Below are positions 51,931 through 60,145 of a DNA stretch of 64,000 bases, piece by piece. The number at the start of each line of letters is the position of its first letter. Position 1 is the first letter of the stretch. The stretch comes from Verrucomicrobiaceae bacterium (GTDB lineage: Bacteria; Verrucomicrobiota; Verrucomicrobiia; Verrucomicrobiales; Verrucomicrobiaceae). Where the stretch lies: positions 827-64,826 of the forward strand of contig JANOBO010000155.1 in assembly GCA_031411695.1 (NCBI GenBank). Reading direction: 5' to 3'. The notes under the pieces are model-generated. The model had not been told where the DNA came from and ran no database searches. It saw only the letters and a list, made by a program, of their open reading frames with translations. The translations under genes and the position numbers were made by a program.

Positions 51931-52182
51931 TCAATTGCAACCGCAGCCGCCGCCCCCGATGCTCCGACCACCCGGAGCACCTTCCCGTGAGAAAAAGACG
52001 TGGTCCCGCAGCGAGGTGGAGAGCGGATCGCGGTCGGGCTCCATGGTGTAGTCTGCCAGCTTCCCGCGTTTAAACAGCGGAACATGCGTGCAGTGGCACA
52101 ATGCCGAAGTCACCAGGAAAAGAAGCAGCGCCCGCCACGCGGCGCGTGACACGAAATCAGTGGAGGCGCGCGGCGTCTTCAT
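51931..52182 (-). CDS. DUF4266 domain lipoprotein-like protein
   Basis: 83 aa ending in 'SREGAPGGRSIGGGGCGCN', the characteristic DUF4266 C-terminus as I recall it. Confidence 0.75.
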   Translation of the reverse strand: MKTPRASTDFVSRAAWRALLLFLVTSALCHCTHVPLFKRGKLADYTMEPDRDPLSTSLRDHVFFSREGAPGGRSIGGGGCGCN

Positions 52183-52185
52183 GGT

Positions 52186-53244
52186 TCAAAGAACAAAGTC
52201 GTCGAAGCGCGCTGTCTCGAGGCGCTGCCCATTCCGCCACACACACCCTTGCGCGAGACAGGACTGCGAGATCAGCACGAGACCCTCTTTCTGTCCCAGC
52301 ACGAGTGCCGCAGTCGAGAGCACGCCCGCTTCTGTGCAGCCCTGCGCGATGACCGTCGCGGCGTTGCATCCATTTGCCACCGGATGCCCAGTGCGCGGAT
52401 CGATGATGTGCCCGTAGCGCCGTCCGTCGATCTCGAAGGCACGCAGATAATCGCCCGACGTGGCAACCGCGCGGTCATTCACCATCACGCCGCCCCAGCA
52501 GCGGCCGGGATCATCGGGATGCTCGAGGCCCACGCGCCAGCCGCCGCCATGCGGGCCCTGTCCCGCCACGCGGATGTCGCGTCCGAAGTCCACCATGATC
52601 TCACGGATGCCCCATCGCGCTGACATCTCCAGCACGCGATCCACCGCGTACTCCTTCCCGATGCCGCCGAGGTCGATGCACATTCCGGCACGCGGCAGAA
52701 AAACGCCGCCGCTTTTCCGCTGCACCTTGCTCCATCCCGTCAGCTCCAGCGCGGCGGCGATCTCCGCGTCCGTCGGGATCACGGGCGAGTCCTTGCGGTA
52801 ATCCCACAGCCGGATCAGCGGCAGCGCGGTGGGATCGAACACACCGCCTGTGGACCAGTGATACCAGTCACAAAGCGAGAGGATCGAATCCAGCTCAGCG
52901 TCTGTCTCCACCCAGCGCTCGCCAGCTTCGCGATTGATCTCCGAGATCAAGCTGTCGCCCTTGAATCGGGAGTACTTGTTTTCAAACTCGGTCACCCACC
53001 CAATCGCCGCCTCACGAAACGCGGCCGCCTGCTTCTGCGATGGCGCGCGGAAGATGATCTGACATTGAGTGCCCATCGCCGGGAACACGGCCTTCGTCCA
53101 TCCTTCTGCGCTCCGCCCCGTGGCTGCGGCATCCTGCGTGGCTGCGGCGTTCTGCCGCAGTCCGTTCAGGTCGCGGCTGGAAGCTGCGACGACGGACTGC
53201 GGCAGAATGTCGCAGCCACTTTGTTCTGGCTGCTTCAGAACCAT
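52186..53244 (-). CDS. apbE: FAD:protein FMN transferase (ApbE family)
   Basis: 352 aa with 'MGTQCQIIF', 'SEINREAG', 'GGVFDPTALPLIRLW', 'CIDLGGIGKEYAVD', 'VATSGDY' and 'HIIDPRTGHP'. Confidence 0.9.
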   Translation of the reverse strand: MVLKQPEQSGCDILPQSVVAASSRDLNGLRQNAAATQDAAATGRSAEGWTKAVFPAMGTQCQIIFRAPSQKQAAAFREAAIGWVTEFENKYSRFKGDSLISEINREAGERWVETDAELDSILSLCDWYHWSTGGVFDPTALPLIRLWDYRKDSPVIPTDAEIAAALELTGWSKVQRKSGGVFLPRAGMCIDLGGIGKEYAVDRVLEMSARWGIREIMVDFGRDIRVAGQGPHGGGWRVGLEHPDDPGRCWGGVMVNDRAVATSGDYLRAFEIDGRRYGHIIDPRTGHPVANGCNAATVIAQGCTEAGVLSTAALVLGQKEGLVLISQSCLAQGCVWRNGQRLETARFDDFVL

Positions 53245-54521
53245 ACTTTGAATCCCAGCGTCACGCTGTTTGCCTCTGGATAGGTGATGCCTGGCGTTTC
53301 CTTGTCCCTCCCAAACTGTGAGTACCTCTCGTAGGCGATGTCAGCCCAGAACTTCTCGCTCACCTTCCAGATGAGCTTCATGCCATACGTCACGCTGCCG
53401 AGCTTCGAGAGCCGGTAGTCAGCCGAGTACGCCGCAGGCTTGCCCGTGAATTGCGTCGCATAAAAATCCGCCGCTGACTGCTCGTAGTAGCGCACGCCGG
53501 GCACGAGGATTAGCTTCGGCCCGAGGTTCTGGAACCAGTCGAGGCCGAAGGTATGCGCGTTGATGCCATACGAGTCGGTGTAGAAACGGTAGCTCGCCTC
53601 CAGCGCGCCTTTCAACGGATCAATCTGGCGGTTGAGCGCCAAATAGATGACGTGTTTGTCGCGGCTGTCCGGGCGTTTCTCATCGACGACCTCGTCGTTC
53701 AGCACCACCAGCTTGTATGGGTCGTCGAGATATCCCCACGACGTCCCGGCGACGTAGCTCACTTTCAGCAGCGTGAAGGGATCGATCACCTGCGCGATCT
53801 GCAGCTGGCCGTCCACGGAGTCCTTGTCCTCCCAGTTTCCCGTGGGCATGTCGCGCACGCTGTCGTGTGTGAGGGATGCGCCGAGCGAGAGCGTCGTCAT
53901 GCGCTCATTGAAATCGCGCGAGACGATGAGGCTGCCGGCGACTGATTGGTAATCGGATTCGGTGCTGTAGGCGGCGCCGAAATCTGTGACCCACTCACCG
54001 TGCCGGGTCCGCAGGCCGAGATTCACGGCGAGGCGCTGATCCTCGTATTCGTTCATCGGCAGATAAGGCTTGCCGTATTCCTCCAGCGTCGTCTGCGTCG
54101 TCAGCAAAGACGCCGCCGAGGTCGTCACCGGCACCAAGGTCGAGGTGCCGCTCGGGCCCGAGACGGCCACGAACGACGTTTGCGCCGCGCCCGGTGTGCT
54201 CACCACCGAGGTCACCTCCCGTGTTCTCCGCTTCATCGGCTCGCCCGTCGGCGTCGCGCCCGAGATCACATCATAGACACTCTGAATTGTGAGGATCGTG
54301 TTCGGCGTGAGATCCGTCTGGAGGTAGAGTGACGGTGAGTAAGCCTCTGTGCGGTGATGGTCTTCAAGATAGTAGCTGAACTTGAAGTCCGCGCGGTCCT
54401 CGGCGTTTCCCTTCCGCAAGGGCAGTGCCAGCAAACAGGCCGCAACAATCACCGCCCGGGCGGCACTCGCTCTTCGACCCGTCTTCGACACAGCGATAAG
54501 ATTGCCTGACCTCACAGGCAC
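53235..54521 (-). CDS. DUF3570 domain protein (predicted outer-membrane beta-barrel)
   Basis: 428 aa with a signal peptide, alternating beta-strand pattern 'FKFSYYLEDHHRTEAYSPSLYLQTDL' and a C-terminal 'SVTLGFKVWF' (aromatic terminus). It overlaps apbE by 10 nt. Confidence 0.8.
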   Translation of the reverse strand: MPVRSGNLIAVSKTGRRASAARAVIVAACLLALPLRKGNAEDRADFKFSYYLEDHHRTEAYSPSLYLQTDLTPNTILTIQSVYDVISGATPTGEPMKRRTREVTSVVSTPGAAQTSFVAVSGPSGTSTLVPVTTSAASLLTTQTTLEEYGKPYLPMNEYEDQRLAVNLGLRTRHGEWVTDFGAAYSTESDYQSVAGSLIVSRDFNERMTTLSLGASLTHDSVRDMPTGNWEDKDSVDGQLQIAQVIDPFTLLKVSYVAGTSWGYLDDPYKLVVLNDEVVDEKRPDSRDKHVIYLALNRQIDPLKGALEASYRFYTDSYGINAHTFGLDWFQNLGPKLILVPGVRYYEQSAADFYATQFTGKPAAYSADYRLSKLGSVTYGMKLIWKVSEKFWADIAYERYSQFGRDKETPGITYPEANSVTLGFKVWF

Positions 54522-54576
54522 CGAGAGTACAAGGATTGGCGTTTGAAGAAAAGCACTCTTTTGTCGCCGCTATGGA

Positions 54577-55998
54577 TTAAGCGAGCGCCTTTGTGACCAC
54601 GTCGCCATGCACATCCGTCAGCCGGTCGTCGCGGCCATTGTGCGGAAAGGTGAGGCGCGTGTGATCAAAACCGAGCAGGTGCAGGATCGTCGCGTGGATG
54701 TCGTGCACGTGCGTCTTCCCTGTCTCGGCGCGCAGGCCCACAGCGTCGGTGCTGCCGATGACCGTTCCGCCCTTCACTCCTCCGCCGGCCATCCACATGC
54801 AAAAGCCGTGCGGATTGTGGTCCCGCCCGGTGCCAGCCTCATTCATCGGCATTCGGCCGAACTCGCCGCCCCACACCACGAGCGTGGTGTCGAGCAAGCC
54901 GCGTGATTTGAGATCGCGCAGCAAGCCAGCGACCGGAAGATCACTTTGCGCGCAGAGCTTGGAGTGATTCCCCTCCATGTCGTTGTGCCCGTCCCAGCCG
55001 TTTGTGTCGCCGCAATACAACTGCACAAAACGGACGCCGCGCTCCACCATCCGCCGCGCCAGCAGACAGCGCGTGCCGAAGTCGGACGTGATTTTTTGAT
55101 CCAGGCCGTACAGCCTTTTTGTCGCCTCCGTTTCCTTGGAGATGTCCACCACGTCCGGAGCGTGCGATTGCATGCGAAACGCCAGTTCATACGCCGAGAT
55201 GCGCGCGGCGAGATCGGAGTCTTCCTCGCCCTGCGGCAGGTTGAGACGGTTCAATTGGTTGATCAGTCCCGCTGTGCTCCGTTGCTGAGTCGCGCTCACA
55301 CCGGCCGGCGTGCCGAGATTCAAAATCGGCGAGCTGCCGCCGCGCAACAGCGTGCCTTGATACGCGGCCGGGAGAAAACCATTGCCCCACGCTGGCGCAC
55401 CGCCTTTGGGCCAGCCTGCCGGATCTGGCATCACCACGAACGCGGGCATGTTCTGGTTCTCCGTGCCGAGGCCGTAGCTCACCCACGAGCCGAGGCTCGG
55501 CTTGCCCATCAGGATCGTGCCGGTGTTCATCATGTACACCGACTCCGGATGCGTGACGCTGTCGCCGTGACATCCGCGCAGGAGACAAATGTCATCCACA
55601 CACTCCGCGATGTGCGGCAGCAGACCCGACACCTCCATGCCGCACTCGCCGTGTTTCGCAAACGGACGCAACGGCGGCATCAGCGTGTTCTTCGCCACCG
55701 CGCGCCGCGTCTTGAAGGTGCCGAACGAATCCGGGATCGGCTGCCCCGCGAGCCGCACGAGATCCGGCTTTGGATCAAACAAATCCACATGGCTCGGCCC
55801 GCCCGACATGAAGAGGAAGATCACGCTCTTTGCTCTGGCAGCGAAATGCGGGTCGCGCGGAGCGAGGGGACTGCCGATTGCGGATTGCGATGCGGCGAGA
55901 AGTCCCTCCCGCTCCAGCATCGCCGTGAGCGCGACCATGCCAAAGCCGCCGCCGGAACTGCGGAGGAAGGAGCGGCGGGTGATCGAAGGCGGTTTCAT
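54577..55998 (-). CDS. DUF1501 domain protein (Tat-signal)
   Basis: The start is taken at MKPPSITRRSFLRSSGGGFGMVAL (ATG 55998). 'VIFLFMSGGPSHVDLFDPKP', 'GWDGHND' and 'FGRMP' are present. The track ORF begins at 56031. Confidence 0.92.
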   Translation of the reverse strand: MKPPSITRRSFLRSSGGGFGMVALTAMLEREGLLAASQSAIGSPLAPRDPHFAARAKSVIFLFMSGGPSHVDLFDPKPDLVRLAGQPIPDSFGTFKTRRAVAKNTLMPPLRPFAKHGECGMEVSGLLPHIAECVDDICLLRGCHGDSVTHPESVYMMNTGTILMGKPSLGSWVSYGLGTENQNMPAFVVMPDPAGWPKGGAPAWGNGFLPAAYQGTLLRGGSSPILNLGTPAGVSATQQRSTAGLINQLNRLNLPQGEEDSDLAARISAYELAFRMQSHAPDVVDISKETEATKRLYGLDQKITSDFGTRCLLARRMVERGVRFVQLYCGDTNGWDGHNDMEGNHSKLCAQSDLPVAGLLRDLKSRGLLDTTLVVWGGEFGRMPMNEAGTGRDHNPHGFCMWMAGGGVKGGTVIGSTDAVGLRAETGKTHVHDIHATILHLLGFDHTRLTFPHNGRDDRLTDVHGDVVTKALA

Positions 55999-56246
55999 AT
56001 CTGAATCATCTCCGCTGGATAACGGCCCCACGCCTCAAAGTCTTCTTGGGTGAGCGAGGCATATCGTTTGATCGGCACATGCCGAATGTTCCAGGCGAAG
56101 TTCAAATGATGAAACGCATGACGCAGTCCGATTTCGAAGTCTTCGCGCGAAATCTTCTCTGCCGAAATCTCATGTTCCAACCGCACGATCTCCTCCCGCG
56201 CTTCGGCGAGGTTGCTGGCGATGATCTTCCAGTTGTGCCTTTTCAT
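55995..56246 (-). CDS. Hypothetical 83-aa protein translationally coupled to the DUF1501 gene
   Basis: The sequence begins MKRHNWKIIASNLAEAREEIVRLEHEI... Its TGA overlaps the ATG at 55998 (ATGA). The stretch is AT-richer than its neighbours. I recognise no family. Confidence 0.55.
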   Translation of the reverse strand: MKRHNWKIIASNLAEAREEIVRLEHEISAEKISREDFEIGLRHAFHHLNFAWNIRHVPIKRYASLTQEDFEAWGRYPAEMIQI

Positions 56247-56280
56247 TGGATGTTTGATTCACGCTTTCAATTGGCCGCCA

Positions 56281-56520
56281 TCATCGCGCCTTGTTTGATG
56301 ACACATAGGGCGGCAAACGACGGACACCGCCCCAACACCACGCCTCCGCTGAAGAGGGCGCGCGCTCCGTTGCGTTCTCGAAATGCCTGGCCGCTCCCTC
56401 CCAATCTCCAGCTTCCGCGCAGCGGTCGGCGTGGTTGAGTTCCTGCTCGATGGATCGCTTATCAAACATCGCGGCAGGGAAGCACCGCTGCGTGGAGATT
56501 CCAAGTGGGGAATCCTTCAC
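56281..56520 (-). CDS. Possible 79-aa TPR-fragment-like ORF
   Basis: 'ADRCAEAGDWEGAARHFENATERAPSSAEAW' looks like one TPR unit. There is no other support. Confidence 0.3.
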   Translation of the reverse strand: MKDSPLGISTQRCFPAAMFDKRSIEQELNHADRCAEAGDWEGAARHFENATERAPSSAEAWCWGGVRRLPPYVSSNKAR

Positions 56521-56567
56521 CCTTGAACACGATCCGCCGCGGCCGATCTGCCATGCGTCGGCTGCTT

Positions 56568-56738
56568 CTAAGGTGGTGGCGGTGAAGCGGGAGGAACGGC
56601 GGCAGGCTTCTTCACTCGTTGCGTGAAACTGGGAGCAGGGATGTATCCGACGGTGCCACTTCCGCCCGACCAGTCGCGGGCGGAACTCTTGTTCTTGAAT
56701 GGCCGGGGTGCCTTGTTGCTCTGTTTCTGGCTCTTCAT
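56568..56738 (-). CDS. Possible 56-aa basic Pro-rich small ORF
   Basis: Hand translation gives MKSQKQSNKAPRPFKNKSSARDWSGGSGTVGYIPAPSFTQRVKKPAAVPPASPPPP*. It starts 30 nt downstream of the DUF1553 gene stop, on the same strand. Confidence 0.25.
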   Translation of the reverse strand: MKSQKQSNKAPRPFKNKSSARDWSGGSGTVGYIPAPSFTQRVKKPAAVPPASPPPP

Positions 56739-56767
56739 GGTGCGACGCGGATCAACTCTGATTTGCT

Positions 56768-59074
56768 TCAGTTCCTGTAAACAAACTCGTTCAAATTAAA
56801 CAATGCCCGGCAGAGTTCGTCGAGCGGCGATGACTTGAGAAACTTTTGCGCGATGGCTTTCTCATCGGCGCGTGGTTCACGGCAGAGTATCAGCTGGTAC
56901 GCGAGGGCGATCTGCTCCGGCTCAGTGCGCGCTTCTTTGCGGAGGCGGGCGGCGGTTGCGCTCGAAGCGCTGGTGACTTCTCGCGCGTTCAAAAGCGTCA
57001 GGGCTTGTGGCGCGGTGGTGCTGCGCTCGCGATCGGGGCAGCTGAGGTTGTTATCGGGTGCATCGAACACTTCGAGGAATGGGAAACGCAGATTCCGTCG
57101 CGCGAAGATGTAGATGCTGCGGCGGTTGTAGTCGCGCTCGTGATCGTTCTGATTCCAGCCGCCCTTCGCGCCTTCGATAACTTCCTTCGGCACAGGCGGG
57201 AACACACCAGGGCCGCCGAGGTTCAAATTCAATTTCCCACTGACGGCGAGGAGGCTGTCGCGGATGACCTCGCCCTCTAGTCTCACTTTTGGAAACGCCG
57301 CGTAGAGGTCGGCGCGTGGAGCTTCGATGGGGGCTTCAGTGCTCAGTGCCAAGTGCTCAGTTTTGGCTCGTGACTCTGACTGAGCACCGCGCGCTGAGAA
57401 CTGACCACTTCCTCCAGCCTGCTGATATGTATCCGACATCAAGATGATACGATGCATGTGCTTCACACTCCAGCCGCTGGCGATGAACTCGCTGGCGAGC
57501 CAGTCGAGCAGCTCGGGATGCGTGGGCGGTGCGCCATGGACGCCGAAGTCGCTGGGTGTGGCGACGAGTCCGCGCCCGAAGTGATGCTGCCAGATGCGGT
57601 TCACCATGACGCGCGCGCTCAGCGGATTATCGGGACTGGCGATCCAGTCGGCGAGCGCGCGGCGGTCCGTGGACTTCACGCGATTCGGGATCACCTGCGG
57701 CGAAGCGGGCTGCACGGGATCGAGCGGCATCGAATATTCCCCACGGCGCAAAATGAAGGTTTCGCGCGGCTTGCCTTTGTCGAGCGCGAGAGCGGTGGGC
57801 ATTGTGGGCGGCTTGCCGATCTTCTTGAGCGCAGCGATCAACTTCTCGCGCTTCGCCTTGTCGTCGGTCGAGAGCGCCCCGGCGACTTCCTTGTCGCTGA
57901 TCTTCACCTTGCTGGCGGTTTCGAGCACGAGGTTGATCTGCTCGTCGTTGCGTTGCTCCGCTGGCGTCTCGTGGGCGGACCTGGCTTCGGGCGTGAGCTG
58001 GGCGAGCTTTTGCCGGAACACTTTTGCACGCGCGGGCGCCTCGAGTTCGGCAAGCGCGGCGACCTCGGGATGAGCGTTGTATTGCCGCATGGCGAGATCA
58101 TGCGCGCGACGCTGGACCTGAGTTGGAATGGGCCGCGCGCGCTGGAATGACGATGAGGTGAAGTAGGCCTGCAGGCTGTAGTAGTCGCGCTGCGAGAGCG
58201 GCTCGAACTTGTGATCGTGACAGCGCGCGCAGGACAGGGTCAGGCCGAGGAAGACCATCGCCGTGGTGTCGGTGGCGTCGTTCAGCGTGTTGTGGCGGCG
58301 CTGCTCCTGGTCGGACGAGTCCACCATGTCGGGCCCGAGCAGCGCGAAGCCGGTGGCCACGAGAGCGTGCGGCTCGTCGGGCCAGAGCTCGTCACCGGCG
58401 ATCTGCTCGCGGATGAAGCGGTCGTAAGGTTTGTCGGCGTTAAAGCTCTCGTTGACGTAGTCGCGGTAGCGCCAGGCATCCGGGCGCACCTCGTCGTGCT
58501 CGAAGCCGTCCGTCTCTGCGAAGCGCACGAGGTCCAGCCAGTGCCGGCCCCAGCGCTCTCCGTAGTGGGGAGAGGCGAGGAGGCGGGAGATGAGAGACGC
58601 GGAGACGCGGAGACTGTGAGACGATGAGATGGCTACAGCGGAACTATTCTCCGCGTCTCCTTGTCTCCGCGTCTCATTGTCTTCGGCGCATTCGCGGGAG
58701 AACGCGGCAACCTCCTCGGGCGTCGGGGGGAGTCCGGTGAGATCGAGTGCGATACGGCGGATGAGAGTCTCCGCGCCCGCCGGTGGAGAGAGCGTCAGGT
58801 TGTGCGCGGTGAGCTTTGCCTTGATGAAATGATCGGCTGCGTTTTCGCCAGCGGGCACCTCGATGCGATGGAGCGGCTGAAAGGCCCAATGCGCGCGGTC
58901 GGCATCGGTGAGCGTGAAGTCACCCTTGGGCCGGATATCCGCCGCTGGTGCGAGGCCCGTCAGCACGATGAAGGCGCAGGCCATGACTCTGCCCTGGCAT
59001 CGGGCTTCAAGTGTGCGTGACGGGCTCTGTGGGATCATGCGGGGCACAGGAACGTTGCGCCCGGCGGCCGACAT
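56768..59074 (-). CDS. DUF1549/DUF1553 (PSCyt2/PSD1) protein carrying two in-frame palindromic insertions
   Basis: 'LIRRIALDLTGLPPTPEEVAAF', 'LLASPHYGERWGRHWLDLVRFAETDG', 'CARCHDHKFEPLSQRDYYSLQAYF' and 'FDAPDNNLSCPDRERSTTAPQAL' are present. The start is uncertain (59074, 59038 or 58984). Confidence 0.9.
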   Translation of the reverse strand: MSAAGRNVPVPRMIPQSPSRTLEARCQGRVMACAFIVLTGLAPAADIRPKGDFTLTDADRAHWAFQPLHRIEVPAGENAADHFIKAKLTAHNLTLSPPAGAETLIRRIALDLTGLPPTPEEVAAFSRECAEDNETRRQGDAENSSAVAISSSHSLRVSASLISRLLASPHYGERWGRHWLDLVRFAETDGFEHDEVRPDAWRYRDYVNESFNADKPYDRFIREQIAGDELWPDEPHALVATGFALLGPDMVDSSDQEQRRHNTLNDATDTTAMVFLGLTLSCARCHDHKFEPLSQRDYYSLQAYFTSSSFQRARPIPTQVQRRAHDLAMRQYNAHPEVAALAELEAPARAKVFRQKLAQLTPEARSAHETPAEQRNDEQINLVLETASKVKISDKEVAGALSTDDKAKREKLIAALKKIGKPPTMPTALALDKGKPRETFILRRGEYSMPLDPVQPASPQVIPNRVKSTDRRALADWIASPDNPLSARVMVNRIWQHHFGRGLVATPSDFGVHGAPPTHPELLDWLASEFIASGWSVKHMHRIILMSDTYQQAGGSGQFSARGAQSESRAKTEHLALSTEAPIEAPRADLYAAFPKVRLEGEVIRDSLLAVSGKLNLNLGGPGVFPPVPKEVIEGAKGGWNQNDHERDYNRRSIYIFARRNLRFPFLEVFDAPDNNLSCPDRERSTTAPQALTLLNAREVTSASSATAARLRKEARTEPEQIALAYQLILCREPRADEKAIAQKFLKSSPLDELCRALFNLNEFVYRN
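57336..57404. repeat. Palindromic insertion (AGTGCTCAGT motif) inside the DUF1553 gene
   Basis: The sequence is tcAGTGCTCAGTgccaAGTGCTCAGTtttggctcgtgactctgACTGAGCACcgcgcGCTGAGAACTG. It is translated as GGSGQFSARGAQSESRAKTEHLALSTE. Confidence 0.65.
58587..58681. repeat. Palindromic insertion (GAGACGCGGAGAC arms) inside the DUF1549 region
   Basis: GAGACGCGGAGACGCGGAGAC lies at 58594-58614. TCTCCGCGTCTCCttGTCTCCGCGTCTC lies at 58648-58675. It is translated as ETRRQGDAENSSAVAISSSHSLRVSASL. Confidence 0.7.
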
Positions 59075-59252
59075 TCACGGCGTTCTGGATTCGGCGGCTT
59101 TTCGAGAGTCATGGCGCCCTCATGTTCTGCGGGCGAAGAGGCAGCGGATGGCGATGCGCTCAAATCGTCGGCCACCCCAAATATTCGCGGACAACTCCAC
59201 ATTGTATGCTTGAGATGCGCCGCCCGTTTGCGACCGCACCCCACCTGCCCCA

Positions 59253-59906
59253 ATGCCGCGTTTCCACTCACTCCTCTTCGCCGCCTGCCTGCCAACTCTG
59301 TCCGCCCTGGCAGCCGAGCATTGGCAGCCGCTCTTCAACGGGAAGGACCTCACCGGCTGGCGCGCCAACGTGAGACCTGACTCCTTCTCTGTGGCGGACG
59401 GCGTGATCCGCGCGCGCGCAACCCATGAGCGCGCTCATTTGTTCTTCATCGGCGGGCTCAGCGATGGCTTTGTGCGCTTCAAGAACTTCGAGTTTGAGGC
59501 GATGGCGCGCGGCGAGCCGAACTCCAATGCGGGAATTTTCATTCACACCGACATGACCACCCGCGACAAGGTTCTCCACCTCGCCACGGGTTACGAGGTG
59601 CAGCTCAACAGCTCGTCCAAGGAGAAGCGCAAGACCGGCAGCCTCTACGCGGTGGTGGACCTGGACAAGTCACCCGTGGACGAGACCCAGTGGTTCCGCA
59701 TCCGCATCACGGTCCGCAGCCCTCGCATCATCGTCCATGTGAACGACCTGCGGGTTGTCGATTACACGGAGCCACCTGACGTCAAACGCCCGGCCGAGCG
59801 AGCGGGCCGTGTGCTCCGCGCCGACGGCGGCGCAATCGCGCTGCAGGCGCACGACCCCCAGAGCGTCTTTTACTTCAAGGACGTCCGCATCAAATCCCTG
59901 CCTTAG
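59253..59906 (+). CDS. DUF1080 (3-keto-disaccharide hydrolase-like) domain protein
   Basis: 217 aa with a signal peptide. 'WQPLFNGKDLTGWR', 'SNAGIFIHT', 'GYEVQLN' and 'GAIALQAHDPQSVFYFKDVRIKSL' are present. Confidence 0.88.
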   Translation: MPRFHSLLFAACLPTLSALAAEHWQPLFNGKDLTGWRANVRPDSFSVADGVIRARATHERAHLFFIGGLSDGFVRFKNFEFEAMARGEPNSNAGIFIHTDMTTRDKVLHLATGYEVQLNSSSKEKRKTGSLYAVVDLDKSPVDETQWFRIRITVRSPRIIVHVNDLRVVDYTEPPDVKRPAERAGRVLRADGGAIALQAHDPQSVFYFKDVRIKSLP

Positions 59907-60145
59907 GGTCGCCGAGAGATACGGATCCGCATCATATGATCCCGCGCGAGGGAGACGGGCGCCTCGGCGCCAACGCCCACGCACCTCCGTGGCAGGCGAC
60001 CTCCTGCCGCGGATTCACGACGGGTGCCGCACCTGAGACGTGCGTGCTGCCGCGCGAATGGCGTTTGTGTTATGACGGCCGATCAATCAAACCGCCTCTC
60101 ACGTATCGTTAAGACTCAAACAAAATCACTGCGCCAGCCAACCTC

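Noticed and set aside
51339-52085. A 248-aa minus-strand ORF overlapping the Lys/Ala-rich gene and part of the DUF4266 gene.
   Set aside because: Its Phe/Ala/Thr-rich sequence is simply the complement of the Lys/Ala codons. It also overlaps the DUF4266 reading frame and has no start context.
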